A stretch of 64,000 nt of DNA from positions 160,001 to 224,000 of the forward strand of contig JBDRWW010000001.1 of assembly GCA_039802605.1 (NCBI GenBank). Reading direction: 5' to 3'. The notes below the pieces were generated by a model, which was given only the letters and a program-made list of their open reading frames with translations, searched no databases and was not told the DNA's origin. Position numbers and translations under genes: made by a program. The DNA is from a candidate division WOR-3 bacterium. Lineage in GTDB: Bacteria; Hydrothermota; Hydrothermia; LBFQ01. Shown here one piece after another: positions 9,030 through 18,705 of this stretch. The stretch's first letter is position 1, and each line of letters opens with the position of its first letter.

Positions 9030-11481
9030 ATCCTTTATTAGGATCCAAAATCCTCTTTATTTCGTAGAGTATGTCCAATGCGTCCTTTGGAGAAAGGGCA
9101 TCAACATTTAAGCCCTTTAAATACTCAACCAATTCTCCGCCTTCCGAAGAAGTTTTTATAAGAAACTCCCTTTCAAATTTCTCTTGCAATTCCTTTGCCC
9201 TAGCCACAACATCTTCCGGTATTCCCGCAAGTTTTGCGACATATATACCATAACTTTTGTCCGCACTGCCGGGCATAACCTTGTATAAAAACCTTATAGT
9301 GTTTTCCTCTTCTTCTACCTTTACGGTTAGGTTAAAGGCGTTATCGTGATCGGATGCCAATTTCGATAGTTCAATATAATGCGTGGCAAAAAGGGTTTTT
9401 GCCTTTATGTTGTTGAGTATATACTCGGAAACCGCCCATGCTATCGCAAGGCCGTCGTGCGTTGAGGTTCCCCTACCGATTTCATCCAAGAGTATTAAAC
9501 TGTTTTTTGTAGCGGTGTTTAGAATATTGGCCACCTCCTGCATTTCCGCCATAAAGGTTGATATTCCCCTAGTTAAATCGTCGGAGGCCCCTATTCTCGT
9601 AAAAACCCTATCAAGCAGTGGTATTTTTGCATAATCCGCTGGGACAAAACAACCCATATGTGCCATAAGGCATATAATTCCCACTTGTCTGAGATATGTT
9701 GATTTCCCGCCCATATTTGGACCGGTTATCAGGGCAAAAAACTTGTTTTCGTCGAGGTATGTATCGTTTGGTACAAAAACCGTATCCATGAAGCCCTCAA
9801 CGGTTGGATGCCTCCCGTTTTTTATTTCCAGAGCATAACCTTTATAAACTTCGGGTTTCGTATATCTAAACTTTTTTGACACTTTTGCAAAGGATAGGGT
9901 TAGATCTATCTCGGCTATCTTTGAGGATACCATCTTTATATCCTTTGAAAACTTCAAAATTTCTGATAGGAGGTTTTTATAGATTTCCCTTTCCAACCTT
10001 ATGGCCTTTTCTTTTGATGCTATGATTTTGTCTTCCAAGGATTGCAATTCATCCGTTGTAAATCTCTCAACATTTGTTAATGTTTGCTTCCTATGATAAT
10101 ATTCCGGAACATTCTTCGCCTGACCCCTGCTAACCTCTATGTAATATCCAAATACCGAATTATACCCTATGCGCAGGTTCGTTATACCCGTCCTTCTCCT
10201 TTCTTCCTCCTCTAACTTTTTCAGCATACCCTCCGCATTCCTTTGAATGTTCCTCAATTCATCCAAATTCTTATCAACACCATCCCTTATATACCCACCG
10301 TCAGAAATGTTTGCCGGTGGGTCTTCAACTAGGGTGTTTTCAATCCTTTCGCAGATATTCTCCAATTCGGGGTTAAAATTAACCTTCAAAACTTTTAAGA
10401 TTTTTAAAGCGTTTCTTAACGATTTTGAAAACCTTAAAAGGTTTTTTGGAACTATTTTACCCGAAGAGATCCTTGAAAGGTCCCTTTCAAAGTCGTAAAC
10501 CCCTTTAAGGTTTTCCTCAACAATCTGGGCTATATTTGTATTGTTTAAAAAGAATTCAACCCTCCTCAAACGGGTTTGTATTTGTTCAATGCGGGCAAAA
10601 GGGTGTAAAACGGTAAATTTTAAAAGCCTTTTACCCATAGGGGTTAAGCAATGGTTCAGTAGTGTATAAAGCGACCTTTCTCCCAAAAGGCCAAGGGTTT
10701 CAACGGTTCTTTTGTCAAGGGGGATGTACTCGTTTAAAGGGTATTCAACCGGTGGTTGTAAATGCCCTATACTATCACCCTTTTTTTCCCGCAAATATCC
10801 CAACGCTCCACCCAAAACGCTTAAAACCAAAGGTGGATAGTTTCCAGTAATATTAAAAATTTCCCGCATTAATCTATACCCGTTTTTCGTTGAAAATGTC
10901 TCAATATCCCTATAAGTTTTCGCCACATTTATATCCACATCTACCCCTTTGGGTAAAACAATTTCCCTTATGTTTAACCTCCGCATTTCCTCCAAAACCT
11001 CTTCCTTTTTACCGAGGATGTAATAAATATCGCCGGTTGAAACATCAATAAGGCAGGTTGCCGCCTCACCCATAGCCTCGTTATAAGAGGCCAAATACTG
11101 GTTTGTATCCTCGGGTAAAAGGGTTTCGGATATTATAGTGCCCGGTGTAATAACTTCCGTTACAACCCTTTTTAAAAGGGTTTTACTCTCCTTTTCTTCG
11201 GTCTGGTCGCATATGGCAACCTTATAACCCGCCTCTAAAAGCTTGTTTATGTATATATCGGCGGACTTAACGGGAATACCCGCCATAGGCACCCTTATGT
11301 TTTTACCCATGGGCCTGCTGGTTAAAACTATACCCAAGACCTTTGAGACTATCTCGGCATCTTCAAAAAAAGTCTCGTAAAAATCTCCCAAATGAAACAA
11401 TAAAATCTCCTCCGGATACTGGCTTTTTATCTTTTTATACTGTTCAAGCAGGGGTGTATCATTTTGCCTCTTCATAATCAA
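9028..11481 (-). CDS. mutS: DNA mismatch repair protein MutS
   Basis: TPLLEQY, GDFYETF, TGPNMGGKSTYLRQ, STFMAEM, DEIGRGTST, FATHY, SYGIYVAKLAG. Confidence 0.98.
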   Translation of the reverse strand: MIMKRQNDTPLLEQYKKIKSQYPEEILLFHLGDFYETFFEDAEIVSKVLGIVLTSRPMGKNIRVPMAGIPVKSADIYINKLLEAGYKVAICDQTEEKESKTLLKRVVTEVITPGTIISETLLPEDTNQYLASYNEAMGEAATCLIDVSTGDIYYILGKKEEVLEEMRRLNIREIVLPKGVDVDINVAKTYRDIETFSTKNGYRLMREIFNITGNYPPLVLSVLGGALGYLREKKGDSIGHLQPPVEYPLNEYIPLDKRTVETLGLLGERSLYTLLNHCLTPMGKRLLKFTVLHPFARIEQIQTRLRRVEFFLNNTNIAQIVEENLKGVYDFERDLSRISSGKIVPKNLLRFSKSLRNALKILKVLKVNFNPELENICERIENTLVEDPPANISDGGYIRDGVDKNLDELRNIQRNAEGMLKKLEEEERRRTGITNLRIGYNSVFGYYIEVSRGQAKNVPEYYHRKQTLTNVERFTTDELQSLEDKIIASKEKAIRLEREIYKNLLSEILKFSKDIKMVSSKIAEIDLTLSFAKVSKKFRYTKPEVYKGYALEIKNGRHPTVEGFMDTVFVPNDTYLDENKFFALITGPNMGGKSTYLRQVGIICLMAHMGCFVPADYAKIPLLDRVFTRIGASDDLTRGISTFMAEMQEVANILNTATKNSLILLDEIGRGTSTHDGLAIAWAVSEYILNNIKAKTLFATHYIELSKLASDHDNAFNLTVKVEEEENTIRFLYKVMPGSADKSYGIYVAKLAGIPEDVVARAKELQEKFEREFLIKTSSEGGELVEYLKGLNVDALSPKDALDILYEIKRILDPNKG

Positions 11482-12215
11482 AACTCCAACCTTTTAAAAA
11501 TCCACTCCGGAATTGCCCTAACAACTAGCATTATAAACCGCCAATAATAAGGCGTATATACCACATCCTTACCCCTTTTTATGGCCTTGAATATGTCCTT
11601 TGCCACCCTTTCGGGTGTGGACAATAAGGGTTTTGGTATATCCAAGTCCTTTGTCATAGGTGTATCCACAAAACCGGGTTTTATGGTTATAACCCCTACC
11701 CCTTTTTTGAACATCTTAGCCCTTAAACCGCTTAGGTATTGCGTAAGGCCGGCCTTTGCGCTTCCATATACAAAATTTTTAGCCCTACCCCTATCACCCG
11801 CAACGGAAGATATAGCCACTATTGTCCCCTTGCCCCTCCGCTCCATATAATCCGCTATTATGTTGATTATTGAAATTGCGCCCAAATAATTCGTTTCAAC
11901 GATTTTACGGGCTTCGGAAAAATCCTTTAAAGCCTTATCGTTATTCCCCAAGTATCCAAAGGATATTACCGCTACATCAACATCCCCGAAATCCTTTAAA
12001 ACATTGTCCCAAAAACCCTTATGGCTTTCGTAATCGGTAGCATCAAACTCCCCGAATTTAATATCCTTACCGTATTTCAAACGCAAATCCTTCGCAACCC
12101 TTTCCAACTCCTCTATATTTCTACTTGCCAAAAATACATCCCAACCTTCTTTTAACATCTCAACGGCCAAAGCCCTCGCAATAAAAGAGTTTGCACCCAA
12201 AATAACAACCTTCAA
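11478..12215 (-). CDS. SDR oxidoreductase (DprE2-like subfamily)
   Basis: GANSFIA, SSVAGDRGR..N..YGSAKAGL (YxxxK), KPGFVDTPMT. Confidence 0.85.
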   Translation of the reverse strand: MKVVILGANSFIARALAVEMLKEGWDVFLASRNIEELERVAKDLRLKYGKDIKFGEFDATDYESHKGFWDNVLKDFGDVDVAVISFGYLGNNDKALKDFSEARKIVETNYLGAISIINIIADYMERRGKGTIVAISSVAGDRGRAKNFVYGSAKAGLTQYLSGLRAKMFKKGVGVITIKPGFVDTPMTKDLDIPKPLLSTPERVAKDIFKAIKRGKDVVYTPYYWRFIMLVVRAIPEWIFKRLEF

Positions 12216-12233
12216 CCTATCATTTTAAACCCG

Positions 12234-12710
12234 TTAAACTTTTTCCGCACTTATCTTTTGTCCCCCTTCCCTCAAACCCTCGGGATAGTACCAATTCCGA
12301 AGTTTCCCAAATCCCGATTCCAAAAGAACCCTACCCATTCTGCTTTCCGAAGGGTCTCCATCCCTTTTTAGGGCATTAAATGTTTGCGTATCCTCGTAAT
12401 ATTCCACATATAACCTTCCACCCTTTGGTAGGAATTCGTAAAACCTTTTAAACATTTCCCTTTCGATTTTACTGCCGAAAAAACTATAACCGCAAGGTTT
12501 GGGATTTATGGAAAATACTTCAACCCAAGGCTTATAGTAATCGTATCCGAGAAATACTTTTACAAAACACAGGAAATCTTCACGGTTGCCCTTTTTCAAA
12601 AAAACCGTTATGTTTTTTTCCCATTTAAACCTTCCTTCATCAACCTTTTTTATATAGATTTTGTACCCGTCCGCTTCAAAGTTCAGGTCTAAGCCTTCCA
12701 AACTCACCAT
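12234..12710 (-). CDS. DUF1122-like protein (hyperthermophile family)
   Basis: YYKPWVEVF, LYVEYYED..T, RNWYYPEGLREGGQKISAEK. Confidence 0.75.
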   Translation of the reverse strand: MVSLEGLDLNFEADGYKIYIKKVDEGRFKWEKNITVFLKKGNREDFLCFVKVFLGYDYYKPWVEVFSINPKPCGYSFFGSKIEREMFKRFYEFLPKGGRLYVEYYEDTQTFNALKRDGDPSESRMGRVLLESGFGKLRNWYYPEGLREGGQKISAEKV

Positions 12711-14164
12711 ACCACAACAAGCCTATAGGTTTTTTCCAACCCCTTAACGAAATACACCCCCTGTGGTAGATAACCTTCAAACCTCTTACCCGAGAAAACC
12801 CTCCTCCCCCCAACATCAAATATATCCACACCTGACAAACCTTCTACAATAACTTTACCCTTACCCTTTACTATCCTTACACCACTCTCCGATACATTCC
12901 CCACAAAGGTTGGGGATGGTGTGGCCAAAAGGGCCCTGTAAGAGTTTATCAATCCATACCCATAAAACCAATCCTTCCCAAATTCGCCCATGTCTATTGC
13001 CGTCCCGGTGATTATACCCCTTACATCGGCGGGGGAAAGGTTTGGGTTCTTTGATAGGATTAAGGCCGCAAGACCACTAACATGCGGGGTTGCCATTGAT
13101 GTCCCCTCAAGGTATCCGTATGAACTTATAAAGGGCATCGTGGATAAAATCATTACCCCGGGTGCAACCACATCCAACTCCGGGCCATAATTGCTGAAAT
13201 AAGCCTTTTCTCCTAGTGTATCGATTGCTCCCACCGCCATACTGGCCCGATAAGCCGCCGGATAATCTACGCTCGAAGAACCGTCGTTTCCGGCCGCTGA
13301 AACTACCACAACCCCAGCGGTATCAACGGCGTAATTTACGGCACTTTCAAGTTCGCTTGAAGGCATCGGACCTCCAAGGCTCATATTTATAACTTTTGCT
13401 CCCGTATCCGCGCACCACCTTATACACTGGGATACCCAAGCGGTTGAACCCGTTCCGCTGTCGTTTAATGCCCTGCAAGAGAGTATCAAACTTTGGGCTA
13501 CACCCACAACGCCCAAACCGTTATTCATGACCGCCGCTATCGTCCCGGCTACATGCGTTCCGTGAAACTCCAAAGAATTAACCGGATACGGGTCGTTATC
13601 GCCATTAACCATATCCTTTCCATACCCATAATTTGGGGCCAAATCCTCGTGGTTGTAATCCACACCCTGATCTACCACGCAAACCTTTACACTCCTGCTA
13701 CCAACCGTTATATCCCAAGCCTTGTCGGCGTATATAACCCATAACCCCCATAACGAAGTGCCGAGATAGGGATCGTTGGGCCAGTATAAGGCTTTATACT
13801 TTAAATTCGGTTCGGCGAATTCAACATTCGGATCCGAATTGAGTTCGTCTAATAAACTTTTAACAAAATCCAAACTTTTCGCATACTCGGGTAATTCAAC
13901 GAGATATGAAGGGGAGTAATTTAAGGGTTTAACATTGAAGCCCTGCAAAACCCTGGGTAAGGTTTTCCCAGTTTTTAGTCTCAATATTATGCTTTTGCCA
14001 TCCCAGTTTCTCCAATAATCCGCAGAATCCTTATATAACTCGTACCACTTATGAACCACAAGGTTGGAATGGACTCTCCTGAAATGCTCCTTTAACATAT
14101 CAACCCTTGCAAAGTCTATCCTATCATCCACATAAGGCCTGAAAAAGGATAAAATTACTATCAT
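12704..14164 (-). CDS. S8 subtilisin/thermitase-like serine protease with T9SS-like C-terminal tail
   Basis: VVDQGVD, HGTHVAGTI, AAGN, GTSMATPHV triad; tail IFDVGGRRV...GVYFVK. Confidence 0.95.
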   Translation of the reverse strand: MIVILSFFRPYVDDRIDFARVDMLKEHFRRVHSNLVVHKWYELYKDSADYWRNWDGKSIILRLKTGKTLPRVLQGFNVKPLNYSPSYLVELPEYAKSLDFVKSLLDELNSDPNVEFAEPNLKYKALYWPNDPYLGTSLWGLWVIYADKAWDITVGSRSVKVCVVDQGVDYNHEDLAPNYGYGKDMVNGDNDPYPVNSLEFHGTHVAGTIAAVMNNGLGVVGVAQSLILSCRALNDSGTGSTAWVSQCIRWCADTGAKVINMSLGGPMPSSELESAVNYAVDTAGVVVVSAAGNDGSSSVDYPAAYRASMAVGAIDTLGEKAYFSNYGPELDVVAPGVMILSTMPFISSYGYLEGTSMATPHVSGLAALILSKNPNLSPADVRGIITGTAIDMGEFGKDWFYGYGLINSYRALLATPSPTFVGNVSESGVRIVKGKGKVIVEGLSGVDIFDVGGRRVFSGKRFEGYLPQGVYFVKGLEKTYRLVVVW

Positions 14165-14589
14165 CTCAACCCCCTTAGATAAGACCTAACCCAATATGTT
14201 TTTGAACTTATAAGCGCGGAATTCCCGACAACAACATAATAAACCCCCTTTGCCAATACCGGTGAATAGGAAACATCTGGAACCGCCTCAACATAACCGT
14301 TTAACTGGGCGCTTTCGCCGTTATCCCATTTTGCATAATTTACGCTGTCCGCCCAAAAGGCATAGCTTATATCACCATCACCCGTTTTAACCCTCGCTTC
14401 AAAGTAAAGGGTATCCCCGTCTTGGGCTTCAAACTTTATCCAAAAGTATGAGCGGGGACCTAAGGAAACCGTGCCGTGGTATAGGTCAATGCTTGTAGGC
14501 CTTCCCGATTGCTGAGGAGGGTGTTGTTCCTCCTCATTTTTACATCCCAAAATTGCGGCAAAAAGTATAAACATAACAAACAACCTCAT
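14161..14589 (-). CDS. Hypothetical lipoprotein
   Basis: MRLFVMFILFAAILGC lipobox; TATAAT 9 nt upstream of ATG 14589; beta-rich domain with GVYYVVVGN. Confidence 0.7.
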   Translation of the reverse strand: MRLFVMFILFAAILGCKNEEEQHPPQQSGRPTSIDLYHGTVSLGPRSYFWIKFEAQDGDTLYFEARVKTGDGDISYAFWADSVNYAKWDNGESAQLNGYVEAVPDVSYSPVLAKGVYYVVVGNSALISSKTYWVRSYLRGLR

Positions 14590-14673
14590 AAAGGTAATAT
14601 TATAACCCTGTTCTGTTAGAGGACTTGTATAACCGTATCCCACAAAAAACCCGACAAAATTATAATACCCTAT

Positions 14674-16386
14674 ATGCAAGCGGATTTTAAAAGGGTTCTT
14701 ATCGTCGGTGGGACGGGCCTGGTGGGAAGGGCGGTACTGAGGAAGGTTTATCCAAGGAGTAGGAGGGTTTATATTGTGGGTTTAACAAGAAGCGAGGTTG
14801 AGGAAACTTTACGGGAATTTGGTAAAATAAAAAAGGGTAGAGACGAGCACTTGGGGGAATACATTTATGCCGGTAAGGTTGTAGGGTTTTGGGGTGATAT
14901 ATTCCTCACCGTTTCGTTAAAGGATACCCCAAAGTGGAAGATTTTAGAAGACGAGGAATTGCGGATTCAGGCAATTGAGGAAAACCTGGGGTTTAAAGAT
15001 GTAAAAGAAAACTTTCTTTACAACCTTTTGGTTAGGTTAAAGCCGGAAATAGTTATAGATACGGTTAATACGGCTACGGCCGTTGCTTATAGGGATATCT
15101 TTTCCGCCGTAAGGGATGTTTATGAGTATATCAAAGGGGGAAATGGGGAATACGGTACACTAAAAGAGAAGGTTGAGAAACTCATGCTTTCCCTTTACAC
15201 TCCCCTTTTAATAAGGCATTTCTTCGTTTTGCGGGAGGGTTTGAGGAGATCGGGGGCAAAATTATACTTAAAGGTAGGAACAACGGGAACTGGGGGTATG
15301 GGATGGGATATACCCTACACCCATGGGGAGGAAAGGCCTTCAAGGGTCTTACTTTCAAAAACGGCAATGGCCGGGGCATCGAGTTTGCTTTATGTGATAC
15401 TATCGCGGGCAAACGATTCACCCGTAATAAAAGAGATTAAACCCGCAGCAGCCATTGGTTGGAAGGCAATAGATAACGGGGAAATTGTCAAAAGGGGGGA
15501 ACCAATAAGGATAAAGAAACCCGTAAAGGTTAGCCTTGAAGGTGGCAATATACCAAAATATGATTGCGAGGAAACCGGTGAGGTTTTAAGAACCGCCTTT
15601 ATAGATACCGGGGAAAACGGTTTGTTCTCCTTGGAAGAGTTTAGGAGTATAACCAATGTCGGGCAGATGGAAATGATAACCGCCGAGGATATAGCAGAGG
15701 TTGTTATGCTTGAAATTGAGGGAAAAGGGACGGGTAAGGATGTAGTGGGTGCGATAGAAAGCGCCCTTTTGGGACCATCTTACAGGGGAGGGGTTTTGAG
15801 GAGGGATGCCCTTGAATACCTTGAAAGGCTCTCAAAAAATGCCGAGTATCCGAGCGTAGCTTTTGAAATACTCGGACCTCCGAGATTATCAAAACTGCTA
15901 TTCGAGGCCTACATTTTGAGCCAAACATTTGAAACATACAATAGACTGGCAAATGCCGAACCCTTTGATATCTCCCAAAAAATGTGGGGATATTTGGAGA
16001 AAAATCCGAAAATTCTAAACTATATTACCTCCGTAGGCATAGGTGTTCTATCCCCCAATGGGGAACTATATTACACCGAAAACCTCAAAGTTCCGAAATT
16101 GCCCGTTGAAAACTTTAAGGAAAAGGATATTAAAAGGTGGGCAAAGGAGGGGTGGGTTGATACCACATACGATAACGCCAAACTTTGGAGGAATAGGGCT
16201 ATCGTGTTTATTGAAAATATATCGCAAAAGCAGAGGGGTCTTGTGAATGATAAGGCATCTTCCCTTTACGATAGGGTGGCTTTGAACCCCAAAGACCTGA
16301 AAGTGGATATGAGGATAATACCGGGGGATATAGTGGCCTTTATATTCATAAACGAGGACAAGGGTAAAAGGAGTAGGCCTTACTAA
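14674..16386 (+). CDS. Uncharacterised large Rossmann-fold (SDR-like) protein
   Basis: GGTGLVG at the N-terminus; conserved-looking blocks KVGTTGTGGMG..IPYTHGEE, IDTGENG, FEILGPPRLSKLL. Confidence 0.7.
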   Translation: MQADFKRVLIVGGTGLVGRAVLRKVYPRSRRVYIVGLTRSEVEETLREFGKIKKGRDEHLGEYIYAGKVVGFWGDIFLTVSLKDTPKWKILEDEELRIQAIEENLGFKDVKENFLYNLLVRLKPEIVIDTVNTATAVAYRDIFSAVRDVYEYIKGGNGEYGTLKEKVEKLMLSLYTPLLIRHFFVLREGLRRSGAKLYLKVGTTGTGGMGWDIPYTHGEERPSRVLLSKTAMAGASSLLYVILSRANDSPVIKEIKPAAAIGWKAIDNGEIVKRGEPIRIKKPVKVSLEGGNIPKYDCEETGEVLRTAFIDTGENGLFSLEEFRSITNVGQMEMITAEDIAEVVMLEIEGKGTGKDVVGAIESALLGPSYRGGVLRRDALEYLERLSKNAEYPSVAFEILGPPRLSKLLFEAYILSQTFETYNRLANAEPFDISQKMWGYLEKNPKILNYITSVGIGVLSPNGELYYTENLKVPKLPVENFKEKDIKRWAKEGWVDTTYDNAKLWRNRAIVFIENISQKQRGLVNDKASSLYDRVALNPKDLKVDMRIIPGDIVAFIFINEDKGKRSRPY

Positions 16387-16404
16387 GTTAAAGTTTTACC
16401 ACCT

Positions 16405-16433
16405 TATAATACCCGACTAAATCGGTCAGGATA
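16405..16433 (+). promoter_or_regulatory. sod -10 box followed by an Rrf2/IscR-type operator
   Basis: TATAAT at 16405-16410 overlaps ATACCCGACTAAATCGGTCAGGATA (imperfect GAC-N7-GTC dyad); SD AAGGAGGTG downstream. Confidence 0.6.
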
Positions 16434-16448
16434 AAAAGGAGGTGAAAC

Positions 16449-17090
16449 ATGGCATTCAAGAAGTATGAAGCGATAAATTGGGATGAGGCAAACCCGAATA
16501 TATTTAAGTTGGAAGGCATATCCGAAAAGAGCGTTAGGGAGCATATAAAACTTTACAACGGATATGTCGCAAAGTATAACGAGGTTCAGGAGATGATAGA
16601 AAAACTATCAAAGGAAGAGCTGTCCAAGGCAAACCCCACATATAGCCTTATAAGGTCATTAAAAGTGGATTTAACTAGGGCCATAGGTGGGATAAAGAAC
16701 CACGAGATATACTTCTTCAACCTCGGGGGTAAGGGTGGAAAACCATCCGGTGACCTCTTAAAGCAGATAGAGAGGGATTTCGGATCCTACGAAAGGTTTG
16801 AGGATGAACTCAGGGCTACGGCTATGGCCGCAAGGGGTTGGGCTTGGGTTGCTTACGACTTCAACTTTGACAGGCTATTTATAGCCATAGGAGATGAGCA
16901 GAATACATACCCATTCTGGAACGCCTATGTTATCTTGGCCCTTGATGTGTTTGAGCACGCATTCTTTATGGATTACGGGACGGCAAAGGGTGGATACATA
17001 GACGCCTTTTTCAGGAATCTTAATTGGGACGATGTATCCCAAAGGTTTGAAAAGGCCTTAAAGTTGCGCGAGGCTTTGGGGCTAAGCTAA
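16449..17090 (+). CDS. sod: Fe/Mn superoxide dismutase (Aquifex-like)
   Basis: EGIS...H..LYNGYV, NHEIYF, RGWAW, LDVFEHAF, YIDAFFRNLNW. Confidence 0.93.
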   Translation: MAFKKYEAINWDEANPNIFKLEGISEKSVREHIKLYNGYVAKYNEVQEMIEKLSKEELSKANPTYSLIRSLKVDLTRAIGGIKNHEIYFFNLGGKGGKPSGDLLKQIERDFGSYERFEDELRATAMAARGWAWVAYDFNFDRLFIAIGDEQNTYPFWNAYVILALDVFEHAFFMDYGTAKGGYIDAFFRNLNWDDVSQRFEKALKLREALGLS

Positions 17091-17106
17091 ACCCCTCCTT
17101 TTTGTT

Positions 17107-17484
17107 ATGGGAGAGTGTTCAACCGTTCAACGGATAATGGAGGGAATAAAAGATTTGGGTGAATGGGGTGTTGTTGAGGAAATGCAGAGGTTGGGGTTGT
17201 TAATGATACCGGAAAATCATTGCAAGGGCGGGAGAATTATAAAAATTAGAAGGGTAAAGTACAAATGCAGCATATGCGGGTATGAATTCTCACCAAAACA
17301 AGGCTCACCATTTGAGGGTTTAAGAATCCCTTATTGGAAAATTTTGGCCTTTTATAAACTTTTCATTAGCGGCTTTAATTACAAAATGATCTCCCAAATC
17401 CTTAACCTCTCAAAACCCACAACTTTACGCCTTTTAAGGATTTTTAAAGGTTTGAACGAAAAAACTTACCGGGAAGCTCTGTAA
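17107..17484 (+). mobile_element. IS1595-like transposase N-terminal part (Zn ribbon + HTH), no DDE domain
   Basis: C..RIIKIRR.KYKCSICGYEFS...GSPFEG.RIP...ISQILNLSKPTT; the ORF stops before any catalytic domain; no terminal inverted repeats seen. Confidence 0.6.
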
Positions 17485-18463
17485 TATAACCCTTCACTTG
17501 GAGTTCCAATAGGATGTTGTAAATCCGATTTCCGAAATTTTCCACAATTTCGTCTATATGCCTTTCCTCGCGCAGAAATTCCAACAAATCGCTTTCGTAT
17601 TCGTTTAATATAGGTTTTGGCGTGTTATATATTAAGTTCCCTTCCTTTATCTCCGCTAGGAATTCACCGATGTCGTATAGGGGTTTTGCACCCTCGTATA
17701 TTAGTTTGTTTGAACCGAAATTCCGCAAGTCTTCCGGATCCCCGGGTATAGCCCATATATCCTTTCCCTGATCCAATGCCCATTTCGCGGTAATTATTGC
17801 CCCGGATTTTGCCGGGGATTGCCCTATAACCACAACATCGCTTAAAGCGCTTATAACCCTATTCCTCGCCGGAAAATTCCCCGGGTTTGGAGGAATGCCC
17901 AGGGGAAACTCGCTTAATATTAAACCGCCTTTTTTAACTATTTCGTTAAACATAGGTATGTTATCGCGGGGATACAACCCATTAAGACCACAACCCATAA
18001 CAACAACCGTCCTATTTATGCACCCTTTATGGGCTGCGGTATCTATACCCAATGCACCACCCGAAACAACGGTAAAGCCGTTTTCGCATAGGGCCTGCGA
18101 TAATTTATACACAAAGTTCTTCGCCGATACGGACGGATACCGTGTTCCAACTATGCCAACGGTTTTATGATTTAGAACATTAAGGTTTCCTTTGTAGTAT
18201 ATAACCTTGGGTAGGTTTTGAAAATCCCTTAACCTTTTGGGGAACTCGGGGTTCAAAAAGGTTATAAATTTTATCCCCTTTTCCCCCAACTTAACGATAT
18301 AATCCTTTACATACCCTAAATCCGGAATACGGGGGGAAATTGTATTTCTGTATTTATACGCCTCTTCAAACGAACCAAACCTGTTTAATATTTTCCCCAG
18401 TTTTACGGGCCCTATTCCATCCGCTAAATGAAAGGCTAATAGGTATATCTCTTCATTCGTCAT
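17444..18463 (-). CDS. dprA: DNA-processing protein DprA
   Basis: IVGTR, VSGGALGIDTAAH, NFPARNRVISALS, SGAIITA, C-terminal winged helix. True start is likely ATG 18463 or 18472. Confidence 0.96.
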   Translation of the reverse strand: MTNEEIYLLAFHLADGIGPVKLGKILNRFGSFEEAYKYRNTISPRIPDLGYVKDYIVKLGEKGIKFITFLNPEFPKRLRDFQNLPKVIYYKGNLNVLNHKTVGIVGTRYPSVSAKNFVYKLSQALCENGFTVVSGGALGIDTAAHKGCINRTVVVMGCGLNGLYPRDNIPMFNEIVKKGGLILSEFPLGIPPNPGNFPARNRVISALSDVVVIGQSPAKSGAIITAKWALDQGKDIWAIPGDPEDLRNFGSNKLIYEGAKPLYDIGEFLAEIKEGNLIYNTPKPILNEYESDLLEFLREERHIDEIVENFGNRIYNILLELQVKGYITELPGKFFRSNL

Positions 18464-18650
18464 CGTTTGCATTCCCTTTAACCTCCTCAGCACATTCAAG
18501 GCATACTGGGATTTCCTTATCCGGGGAACCCACAAATGTCCATGCCCCATCCAACCCCTTATACTCAAACCTATCAAAAACCAGTTTTCTACCGCAAAAG
18601 GCACACAAACCCTTTGTTTTCATGAAAATTTCCCATAAGGTCTTTATCAT
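18453..18650 (-). CDS. 65-aa Zn-binding miniprotein, HNH-like but lacking catalytic His/Asn
   Basis: CAFCG...GAW...PVCLEC; CCT-TAAAAT 8 nt upstream of ATG 18650; stop overlaps the dprA start. Confidence 0.65.
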   Translation of the reverse strand: MIKTLWEIFMKTKGLCAFCGRKLVFDRFEYKGLDGAWTFVGSPDKEIPVCLECAEEVKGNANDDE

Positions 18651-18705
18651 AGATGAAAATTTTAAGGTTTACCTCTTTTATTTTCAACAGGGGTAAAATA
18701 CCCGT

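Noticed and set aside
18464..18604. Long N-terminal extension of DprA
   Set aside because: It overlaps the Zn miniprotein frame, which has its own promoter; DprA-like sequence begins at about 18463.
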